Assembly: GCF_000025945.1 (NCBI RefSeq)
Contig: NC_006138.1
Span: forward strand, 3,491,384-3,523,383
Direction of reading: 5' to 3'
Source of the DNA: Desulfotalea psychrophila LSv54
GTDB lineage: Bacteria; Desulfobacterota; Desulfobulbia; Desulfobulbales; Desulfocapsaceae
DNA length: 32,000 bases
The translations under genes were made by a program, and so were the position numbers. Positions 10,361 to 18,394 of this stretch are shown here, piece by piece. Every line of letters begins with the position of its first letter. Within the stretch, counting starts at the first letter, position 1. The notes beneath the pieces were generated by a model, which ran no database searches, was not told where the DNA came from, and saw nothing but the letters and a program-made list of their open reading frames with translations.

Positions 10361-10557
10361 ATCCCCTCCATTTTATATTTAATAACAGATAGTAAGGACA
10401 AAAAAAAACATCCCTGCCCAGAGCATTAACTCTTTGCCCAGAACTCTTTACAGTGGAATAATTACCCCCACTACTGTACTGTGCCATAGAAACACTTCGC
10501 TGTATACGATAAAGCATACAACGCTAATACCCTCTCTATAATGCACGGAGAAAGAAG

Positions 10558-11520
10558 ATGCAAAAAACTCTCGTCCTAGTATTACTTGTCCTACTCTCCT
10601 GCGTCCACAGTAGTTGGGCTGCTCCTCATAAAATTTCAGTAAATCAATTTGTTGAGCATCCATCTCTCGATGCGGTACTACTGGGTTTTCAGGATTATCT
10701 TAAAGAAAATGGGGTTGAAGCAGAGTATTCTGTCCATACCGCCCAGGCCAATATGGGAACAGCTGGACAAATTGCCAAACAGATGCTCGGCGAGGATGCG
10801 GATCTCTTCCTCTCCATCACCACTCCATCTTCCCAGGCCTGCGCCCAGGCCCTCTCCCGCGCCCCCGAAGCTCTGAAAAAGCCACTGCTCTTTACCGCTG
10901 TAACCAACCCGGTAGCAGCCGGACTGGTAAAAGATCTCCAGCATCCCAAAAATAATATCACCGGGGTAGCCGACAAGCTCCCACTTAAAGAACATCTACA
11001 GATGCTTCTTGAGTATGTGCCAAGAGCCAAGAGAATAGGCGTACTCTATAATGCGGGAGAGATAAATTCCAAGGCAACGGTTACAGAACTGAAAAGACTT
11101 GCCGCCAAGATGAATATCAAAATAGTTGAAGCCACTGTCTCCAAGACAGCCGATGTTTATCAGGCAGCCAATAGCCTGGTGGGACGAGTTGATCTGGTCT
11201 TTATCCCTACGGACAACACCATTATTTCCGCCCTCGAATCCGTACTCAAGGTAGGTATCCAAAATCAAATGCCTATCTTTTCCGCCGATGTTGACTCGGT
11301 GAAACGAGGTACCGTTGCGGCCATGGGCTTTGATTATTACAAGCATGGCAGGCAGACAGGTGCCATGGCAGAGCGTATCTTCAAGGGTACAGCCCCCGCA
11401 GATATCCCCGTTGAATTCCAAAAAGACCTGGAACTCTATATCAACCTAACAGCATCGAAAAAAATGGGTCTCACTCCTCCGGAAACACTCATCAAAAAAG
11501 CATCCCATATCATCAAATAA
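10558..11520 (+). CDS. ABC transporter substrate-binding protein, TrpX/DUF534-like family
   Basis: Signal peptide followed by ISVNQFVEHPSLDAVLLGFQDYLKENG and IGVLYNAGEINS...; first gene of a three-gene ABC operon. Confidence 0.88.
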   Translation: MQKTLVLVLLVLLSCVHSSWAAPHKISVNQFVEHPSLDAVLLGFQDYLKENGVEAEYSVHTAQANMGTAGQIAKQMLGEDADLFLSITTPSSQACAQALSRAPEALKKPLLFTAVTNPVAAGLVKDLQHPKNNITGVADKLPLKEHLQMLLEYVPRAKRIGVLYNAGEINSKATVTELKRLAAKMNIKIVEATVSKTADVYQAANSLVGRVDLVFIPTDNTIISALESVLKVGIQNQMPIFSADVDSVKRGTVAAMGFDYYKHGRQTGAMAERIFKGTAPADIPVEFQKDLELYINLTASKKMGLTPPETLIKKASHIIK

Positions 11521-11535
11521 TTTTTTGGATCTCTT

Positions 11536-12423
11536 ATGACTTTCTACGCAGCCCTTGGTGCCGTTGAAATAGGCCTTGCCTACGGCATCATGGTCATTGG
11601 TGTATATATCACCTTTCGCATCCTTGATTTTCCTGATCTCACCGTTGACGGTAGCCTCCCCTTGGGGGCTGCCATTTCCGCTGTTGCCATCAGCCATGGC
11701 GTCAATCCATACCTCTCCCTACTCCTGGCCCTCGGGGCAGGATTTCTGGCAGGAATGGTCACGGCAATTCTTAATACCAAGCTGAAGATTCTCCATCTTC
11801 TTGCCTCTATTTTGACCATGATAGCCCTCTATTCAATCAACATTCGTATCATGTCCGGGCCCAACATCGCCCTACTGGGAGCAGATACCGTTTTTGATTT
11901 GCCCACCCGACTGGGTATCCCGGGCCAGTGGGCGGCAACGGCAGTTTTTGCCACCATTGGCCTCATCGCCCTGCTGGCGATTATCTGGTTCATGACAACG
12001 GAGATAGGGCAGGTAACTTTGGCCACCGGCGATAATCCACAGATGATACGTACCCTGGGCGTTGATACCGACAAGGTTATCATCTTCGGCGTTGGTCTCT
12101 CCAATGCCCTGGTGGCCCTCAGTGGTGCTCTGGTCGCCCAAAATCAAGGCGCCGCCGATGTGGGCATGGGCATTGGAACCATCGTGGCCGGTCTTGCCTC
12201 GGTTATCATTGGCGAAACAGTCTTTGGCTGTAACACAATTGCCCGAGCATTTATTGCCGCCCTTCTAGGCTCTATTACCTATCGCCTGGCCATAGCCTTG
12301 GCTTTGGGACTGCATATTGGTGATTTTCACTTTAATCCAAGTGATCTTAACCTAATAACTGCAGTTCTTGTTATCGTTGCCCTTACCGCTCCCTCCATCA
12401 AAAAAGGATTGATACGCCGGTGA
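11536..12423 (+). CDS. ABC transporter permease, branched-chain-type
   Basis: 295 aa, multi-TM, FPDLTVDGSLPLGAA and GGCIGE-like VIIGETVFG regions; adjacent to the binding protein. Confidence 0.87.
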   Translation: MTFYAALGAVEIGLAYGIMVIGVYITFRILDFPDLTVDGSLPLGAAISAVAISHGVNPYLSLLLALGAGFLAGMVTAILNTKLKILHLLASILTMIALYSINIRIMSGPNIALLGADTVFDLPTRLGIPGQWAATAVFATIGLIALLAIIWFMTTEIGQVTLATGDNPQMIRTLGVDTDKVIIFGVGLSNALVALSGALVAQNQGAADVGMGIGTIVAGLASVIIGETVFGCNTIARAFIAALLGSITYRLAIALALGLHIGDFHFNPSDLNLITAVLVIVALTAPSIKKGLIRR

Positions 12424-13214
12424 TTATTCTAGAAAATTGCATGAAACGATTCCACCAGGGAACGGCAAGCGAAGTGGTGGCCTTAAAGGACATGAGCCTC
12501 CAGATCAAGCTCGGTGAATTTGTTACGGTCATTGGCTCCAATGGCGCGGGCAAATCCAGTCTCCTTAACTGCATCGGTGGCAGCTTCCTTATTGATTCAG
12601 GAAAACTACAGATCTGCGGGCAGAACATGAGCAAGTGGCCGGAATACAAACGGGCCAAATATATCTCTCGCGTCTTCCAAGATCCTATGAAGGGCACCTG
12701 CCCCTCGGCCACCATTGAACAAAACATGGCCCTTGCCCTACGTCGAGGCCTGTCACGAGGGCTAAGCAAGGGAGTAAAGCCAGAGTACCTTGACAGATTC
12801 AGAGAGGCACTCTCCCTGTTAGATCTGGGCTTAGAGAATAGACTCGGTGACCGGGTTGGCCTTCTTTCCGGTGGGCAAAGACAGGCAATGACCATGCTGA
12901 TGGCAACCCTACGCCGACCGGAGGTACTCCTCCTCGATGAACATATTGCCGCCCTTGACCCCAAGACTGCAGCTCAAATCATGTCCATCACCAAAAAAAT
13001 TGTTGAAGAACAACAACTCACCACCCTGATGATTACCCATAATATGAAACATGCCATTGAGTTTGGTGACAGACTCATCATGCTCCACCAGGGCAAGGTG
13101 CTTTTTGATATTCATGGCAAAGATAAGAAGGAACTTACCGTTGAGAAACTTCTCGGTAAATTTTACCAGAGTCAGGGAGAGGAGTTAAACTCAGACTCCC
13201 TGTTGCTTGGCTAG
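12420..13214 (+). CDS. ABC transporter ATP-binding protein
   Basis: GSNGAGKSS Walker A, LLSGGQRQA signature, LLLDEHIAALDP Walker B. GTG start overlaps the permease TGA. Confidence 0.93.
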   Translation: MIILENCMKRFHQGTASEVVALKDMSLQIKLGEFVTVIGSNGAGKSSLLNCIGGSFLIDSGKLQICGQNMSKWPEYKRAKYISRVFQDPMKGTCPSATIEQNMALALRRGLSRGLSKGVKPEYLDRFREALSLLDLGLENRLGDRVGLLSGGQRQAMTMLMATLRRPEVLLLDEHIAALDPKTAAQIMSITKKIVEEQQLTTLMITHNMKHAIEFGDRLIMLHQGKVLFDIHGKDKKELTVEKLLGKFYQSQGEELNSDSLLLG

Positions 13215-13227
13215 AGGGCAACATAAA

Positions 13228-13908
13228 TCAGACAAGCAAAGAAATAAGCTCCTGAATACCTGCTGTTGCTCGCTTATTAATAAAGTGATAGTCCAAATCG
13301 TGATTAATTTTAGGTTTATGGGGATCCACCAGATATATGGGAGCTCCAGCCTTCACATACTCGGTCAGACTTGCGGCAGGATAAACAGCAAGGGAGGTGC
13401 CTATTATAACAAAAATATCTGCTGTTAAACAGATGTTGACAGCCTCTTCAATGGCAGGGACCGCCTCACCAAACCAGACGATATGTGGCCGTAACTGGCC
13501 ACCATCTTCAGCTCTCTCCTCCAGCCCAACCTGACGATAACCAATATCATAGACAAGGGCAGAATTGGAACAGCTTTCCACCTTAGTCAATTCACCGTGG
13601 AGATGAAGTACCCGAGAACTCCCCGCCCTCTCATGCAGATCATCAACGTTTTGAGTGACAATATGTACTTCGAACCTCTCTTCCAACTGAGCCAGGGCAA
13701 GATGACCGCCGTTTGGCACACTATCACGAAGCTGTACCCTACGCTCATTGTAAAACTGATTGACCAAGCCCTTATCCCGCACCCAACCCTCCGGACTTGC
13801 AACCTCCATTACATCGTAATTCTCCCACAAACCACCAGAATCACGAAAAGTGGCAAAACCACTTTCGGCACTCATCCCAGCACCCGTCAGGACAACAAGT
13901 CGTTTCAT
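13228..13908 (-). CDS. cobB: Sir2/CobB-family NAD-dependent protein deacylase (sirtuin)
   Basis: GAGMSAESGFATFRD, TQNVDDLHERAG, HLHGEL, LRPHIVWFGE, IGTSLAVYPAA. Confidence 0.9.
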   Translation of the reverse strand: MKRLVVLTGAGMSAESGFATFRDSGGLWENYDVMEVASPEGWVRDKGLVNQFYNERRVQLRDSVPNGGHLALAQLEERFEVHIVTQNVDDLHERAGSSRVLHLHGELTKVESCSNSALVYDIGYRQVGLEERAEDGGQLRPHIVWFGEAVPAIEEAVNICLTADIFVIIGTSLAVYPAASLTEYVKAGAPIYLVDPHKPKINHDLDYHFINKRATAGIQELISLLV

Positions 13909-14009
13909 ATTTTACTCTCCATTATCAATAATGATATTCTGCCTGATAAAAACTTTACACTTTACCCAAAATACCATCTTCCCTCCATCTGTTCAAACTA
14001 GAAACAAGA

Positions 14010-14460
14010 AAGCTATCAGTTCTCAGCTATCAGCTGTAAGAAAGGGCAAAAAGTTAACCACAGAGATGGGGAGAACACGGAGAAGGATTTTTTAGGTAAA
14101 GGACTGAAAAAAAGATACTAGATGTTAGATACTAGAAAGGACAGAAAAACAGCAGTGAAGTGGGATGGTGAGTGCTTTAATGTATTGATATTGATGGACA
14201 TATTCGAGAATAATGCTATGCCGAAAGTACGATGGGACTAGATCGGAGACGCGATAAATCGACGTCTCTACGGGCTGTGCTTTAGGGGAAATTGGTAAAC
14301 CCCGCCAACCTACCAACAAGAAGAGTAGGCAGTGACAGTTTAAATAATTTCCTCTGTGCTCTCGGTTCCAGTGGTTAACCCTTTTGCTTTTGCTCTTCGT
14401 TTTTGCTTTTTCCTGACAGCTTATAGCTGTTGTTCGCTTACCGCTTTTTCTCGCTTTAAT
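14010..14460. repeat. intergenic mosaic repeat region
   Basis: CAGCTATCAGCTGTAAG, AAGTTAACCACAGAG, GATACTAGATGTTAGATACTAG, GACGTCTCTACGGGCTGTGCTTTAGGGGAA. On the minus strand it carries AAAAGCAAAAGGGTTAACCACTGGAACCGAGAGCACAGAG. The modules match the 9.3 kb and 31.8 kb regions. Confidence 0.7.
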
Positions 14461-14486
14461 ACGAGTTCTTAACCAAACATCACTAC

Positions 14487-14520
14487 AAAAAAAAACCCCC
14501 TGCAAAGCGAGGGGGTTTTA
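14487..14520 (-). terminator. intrinsic terminator of the minus-strand Spy/ZraP-like gene
   Basis: CCCCCT...AGGGGG stem. On the minus strand it is followed by a run of T (AAAAAAAAA on the plus strand at about 14487-14495). Confidence 0.8.
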
Positions 14521-14530
14521 TAGAAATTTT

Positions 14531-15265
14531 CTAGTTATGTTGGTACATGCCTGGGCCATTTCCCCTCGGCCCATCCCCCATATGACCGCCGCGCTCGAAA
14601 CCATGTCCCCGACGACCTGCCCCCGTCGGACAGCCATATTGAGGACCCGGACCCCTTGAACCACTCACAAAATAGGCGGGAACCCCTGCTTTTTTTGCCT
14701 TGTCCTGAAGAGAGGTACGCAAATCAAAAATATCTCCAGTCACGGCTGCCACCTGAGCAAGATCTGGATTCACCGCTCGCATAAGGGCCCTCTTCTCCCC
14801 CAACTTCATGGCAAGCCCTCTTCTTAACTTCTTATTGGCAGTATTAAAGGCCACTATCTTATCCCGACTTACCTGATCACCCACCTGCGTCTGAGCAACT
14901 ACTGAACCAGGACCATTCAGAAAACGACAGTAGGGAGAATTATTCATCCCAGCCTTAAAGGCCTTATTCTGAATTTTGTTGCGCAAAGTAAAAATTTCGC
15001 CTGAAAGTTTACCGGCAAGAACAGGGTCAGGATTTTGACCTCTATAGAGGGCTCGTTGTTGAGACATTTTGATAGCCATCTTTTTCAAAACTGCCTGATT
15101 ATCTGTCCGGAAACGAAACATATCATCACGATTTACCTGCTGAGAACAAGGAGATGAATTGCCATTTCTCATATGCTTTCCCTCACCCTGCTGCCACCCC
15201 GCTGAAGCCATTCCTGCACCCGCTATACCAAGAAGAAGAACCGCACTCACTATTATTTTTTTCAT
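14531..15265 (-). CDS. periplasmic Spy/CpxP/ZraP-like heavy-metal-sensor-family protein
   Basis: Start reassigned to MKKIIVSAVLLLGIAGAGMASAGW (signal peptide). LTxxG-like helical body with repeated 'SGEIFTLRNKIQNKA' and 'TGDIFDLRTSLQDKA' segments, and a Gly/His/Met-rich C-terminal tail. Confidence 0.8.
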   Translation of the reverse strand: MKKIIVSAVLLLGIAGAGMASAGWQQGEGKHMRNGNSSPCSQQVNRDDMFRFRTDNQAVLKKMAIKMSQQRALYRGQNPDPVLAGKLSGEIFTLRNKIQNKAFKAGMNNSPYCRFLNGPGSVVAQTQVGDQVSRDKIVAFNTANKKLRRGLAMKLGEKRALMRAVNPDLAQVAAVTGDIFDLRTSLQDKAKKAGVPAYFVSGSRGPGPQYGCPTGAGRRGHGFERGGHMGDGPRGNGPGMYQHN

Positions 15266-15674
15266 AGATTTACTCCCAAGAAAATATTTTATCTCACACG
15301 AACATGGTTGATACATATGATTTTAATAGCAACAGGCATGCCAACAACCAAGCAGATCCTCAAGCTACTGCTTTTACGTCAAAAAGACAGAAAAAGAGCA
15401 CCACTTCGCCTCAAGGTCCTGGGTATTTTTTACCCAGCAGACAAGTTCTATTAGGGAAAATATATCCACCGACACCTCATCCCTGTGGCAAATTCACTGT
15501 GTTTAAAAGGCACATCCCCATCCTTACTCGCCCTGGCATAAGAGAAGCAAAGAACTCACAGCAAAGCATAAGCATTTGATACAAAAAGATAATTATCATT
15601 ACCAGCAGTCATGGAAAAATTTGGCCTATTTTATGCATTAAAATAAGTTCAACTATCTTTCAAGAAGGAGAATC

Positions 15675-15953
15675 ATGCTCTACTCAAACTCCCAAGACAA
15701 TAGAATCGCTGCTGACAATGACTTTTTTTCAGCATGCTCAATAAGCCTGCGCACGATCATCATCTACACCCTGTCAACGCTCATAAGCCTTACAGTTCTC
15801 AGTTACCGGGCCCTTCTTGGAACTATTCGTCTCACCTTCAAATATTCCACAAGAATAATCTTTTATTCCCTGCTGGCCATTGCCCTTGTTTCAGCAATTT
15901 TGCTACTCTCCAGTATCTATGTCATCACCCTGGGCACCCTCCATTTTCCCTGA
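15675..15953 (+). CDS. hypothetical small membrane protein
   Basis: 92 aa, two hydrophobic segments, preceded by AAGGAG-like RBS (caagaaggagaatcATG). Confidence 0.5.
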   Translation: MLYSNSQDNRIAADNDFFSACSISLRTIIIYTLSTLISLTVLSYRALLGTIRLTFKYSTRIIFYSLLAIALVSAILLLSSIYVITLGTLHFP

Positions 15954-16136
15954 TAGCAGTCCCCCTGTAGCCTGTGCCAATAAACAGGAGACAACAAAAT
16001 GCAACTCAAAGTTCTTTATTGCCGGGCCAATCTGACCCGGCAAGACCAACACTCTCCTCATATTCTATCTCTCTCTTCAGCGCTTAGCAAATAGAGGATC
16101 AGAACATAGCCCTTCTTCTCTCGGCAAAAAATTGTT

Positions 16137-16973
16137 ATGACTTCAGGCATAACTATTCATAAAAAATCACCGACAGACGTCATGCATAAAATAGAAGAAA
16201 AAACTCTCTATCAAAAAACAGGCTACAAACAGCATATCGAGGTACGAGATGACGGCACTACCAGATCACTCTACTTTGAAAAAGATACCCTACAGAGCAG
16301 TATGGATCATGTAGAGCCTCATAAACTCTCCATAAGTTATACCCGCTTCATGCTCCTGCCCCTCCTCCTTCTGAAGCCCAAAAAGGTACTAATTATCGGT
16401 CTTGGGGGAGGTTCTTTCCTCCGCTTCTTTCGGCATTTCCTGCCTGAAGCACATATTGAAGCCGTTGATTTTTCTGCTGAAGTAATCAAGATCGCAAAAG
16501 AATTTTTTCTAATAAATGATGAGGAGCTTCACTGTTGCTGTGGTAAACATTTTTTGGAAGAGACAGAGGAAAAATACGACCTCATACTGGTCGATGCCTT
16601 CGATCAGCAAGGAATGGCAAAGGAGATCTACTGCTCAGAGTTTTTTCGTCTCTGCCACGATCACCTGCAACCAGGAGGAGCCATAAGCTGTAATACCTGG
16701 AGCCAAAACAGATCGATATTGCAGGAGGTGAAAGATGCCCTATCGGACCATTTCAGCGAGGCCATCTATCTGCCCGTTCCTCAGAGAGGAAATATCATCG
16801 CCCTGACATTCAAAAGAGAAATTAAATGGCATCAACTTCATTCACGCTGCCCAAAGGTGCTTGCTGCAAACGAAAAATTCGACATGGATTTTTCGAGCAT
16901 GATCAGCATTGCTCGCAGGGCAAATATATCCCTGTGGAAGCGCCTGATAAGCACACCATGTCTGCACAAATAA
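16137..16973 (+). CDS. spermidine/spermine synthase-like methyltransferase-fold protein
   Basis: VLIIGLGGGSFLRFFRHFLPEAHIEAVDFSAEVIKIAKEFF and YDLILVDAFDQQG, with C-terminal SCNTWSQ. Confidence 0.8.
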   Translation: MTSGITIHKKSPTDVMHKIEEKTLYQKTGYKQHIEVRDDGTTRSLYFEKDTLQSSMDHVEPHKLSISYTRFMLLPLLLLKPKKVLIIGLGGGSFLRFFRHFLPEAHIEAVDFSAEVIKIAKEFFLINDEELHCCCGKHFLEETEEKYDLILVDAFDQQGMAKEIYCSEFFRLCHDHLQPGGAISCNTWSQNRSILQEVKDALSDHFSEAIYLPVPQRGNIIALTFKREIKWHQLHSRCPKVLAANEKFDMDFSSMISIARRANISLWKRLISTPCLHK

Positions 16974-16985
16974 GGATATGATACA

Positions 16986-17762
16986 TTGCCTGTAAAACAT
17001 CAACTAACCTGCCAGGGATTTTGCGCCCACTGTAACAGAACACACAGCCTACCCACAGGGGGAGCTGCCTACGAGCAGGCACAGACACTACTGGCAGAAC
17101 TTACCAACCAAGAATCTCTCAATATATTCAGTTCCCGACCAGCAGGGCAGTACTCGACCGCGCCACTATGGGGAGAAGCACGGGGAAAAATGTTTGGCGT
17201 GCTAGAGTGCCTTAACCAGAAAAAGGAACAGGTTTTTCTCTACGCCTTCTCAGGACAGTATACAGGAACCTGGCTTATTCCCGGCTGGGCACCACCTCTT
17301 TTTGATATCGACCAATACCATACTGTAAACAACTATAATGAAAGACGAGTCAAAAAGATGAGCCTCCACATAGACAAACTCACCAGAGAGACACCTCGCT
17401 CTGCCATTATTCCTCTTCTTAAAAAACAGAGGAAAAAGCTCTCCCAACAGCTGATGAGGGCTCTTCATGCCCTCTATGAGGTGCATAACTTCCAGGGGAA
17501 TTGCCAAGGCTTAGCCCAGGCCCTGACGGGACTACGAGGCATCCCCACCGGCACAGGTGATTGCTGTGCACCTAAATTAATCAACTCCGCAGCCACCCAG
17601 GGACTTGTCCCCTTAAGTATTGCCGAATTTTATTTTGGCCGAGAAAACAGATCAGCCAGCAGAAAACATGGCCATTTTTACTCTTCATGCACGACAAAAT
17701 GCACTCCGCTACTGGGCTTTATGCTCTGTGGATCTCACACGAAAGGAAAAGACAAGAGATGA
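16986..17762 (+). CDS. N-terminal-domain partner of RluA-family pseudouridine synthase (stand-alone)
   Basis: WGEARGKMFGVLEC...LYAFSGQYTG...VPP-like, GIPTGTGDCCAPKLINSAATQGLVPLSIAEFYFGRENRS...KHGHFYSSCTTKCTPLLGFMLCG. This resembles the N-terminal part of long RluA-like proteins. Overlaps the next gene by ATGA. Confidence 0.75.
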   Translation: MPVKHQLTCQGFCAHCNRTHSLPTGGAAYEQAQTLLAELTNQESLNIFSSRPAGQYSTAPLWGEARGKMFGVLECLNQKKEQVFLYAFSGQYTGTWLIPGWAPPLFDIDQYHTVNNYNERRVKKMSLHIDKLTRETPRSAIIPLLKKQRKKLSQQLMRALHALYEVHNFQGNCQGLAQALTGLRGIPTGTGDCCAPKLINSAATQGLVPLSIAEFYFGRENRSASRKHGHFYSSCTTKCTPLLGFMLCGSHTKGKDKR

Positions 17763-18394
17763 AAGAACTGAAAATAATCTACAGAGACGACCATCTTGTG
17801 GTGGTGATAAAACCCGGAGGACTTCTCTCCGTGCCGGGACGAGGGCCAGAAAACAGTGACTGTGTCTCGTCACGACTCCAGGCCAAAATACCTGAGATGA
17901 TTACCCAACCGGCTGTGCACCGACTGGATATGTACACCTCGGGTCTCATGGTATATGCAGTGAGCAAAGAGATTCATCGTGCCCTCTCCATCCAGTTCCA
18001 GGAGCAGCAGGTTGACAAGAAGTACACCGCCCTCCTCGAAGGGTGCCTGCAAGAGGTATCGGGGGAGATCAGACTGCCCTTCCGGGTTGACCTGGACAAT
18101 CGCCCCATTCAAATACTCGATTACCAACACGGCAAAATGGGCATTACCCTCTGGCGTAAAATGGACGAGAAGAATGGCATCACCCGGGTGGAATTCACCC
18201 CAATGACAGGGCGCACCCACCAACTTCGGGTTCATGCAGCACACGCAAAGGGACTGGGAATACCAATCATTGGTGACAGTTTCTATGGTTCAGGTAGAGA
18301 CGGCGACGAGATGATGCTTCACGCCCATCAGCTCTCCTTTACCCATCCCATCATCGGGGAAAAACTCTATTTCAAAAACGACCCTGATTTTTAA
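17759..18394 (+). CDS. RluA-family 23S rRNA/tRNA pseudouridine synthase
   Basis: Start reassigned to MKELKIIYRDDHLVVVIKPGGLLSVPG; catalytic HRLDMYTSGLMV; MTGRTHQLRVHAAH motif. Confidence 0.92.
   Translation: MKELKIIYRDDHLVVVIKPGGLLSVPGRGPENSDCVSSRLQAKIPEMITQPAVHRLDMYTSGLMVYAVSKEIHRALSIQFQEQQVDKKYTALLEGCLQEVSGEIRLPFRVDLDNRPIQILDYQHGKMGITLWRKMDEKNGITRVEFTPMTGRTHQLRVHAAHAKGLGIPIIGDSFYGSGRDGDEMMLHAHQLSFTHPIIGEKLYFKNDPDF

Noticed and set aside
10361-10557. Possible T-box or tryptophan leader upstream of the TrpX-like gene
   Set aside because: No T-box consensus, no Trp-codon-rich leader peptide and no terminator/antiterminator pair could be identified by eye, so it was not annotated.
14125-14505. 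126-aa minus-strand ORF over the mosaic repeat
   Set aside because: Consists of repeat modules and has no coding signature.
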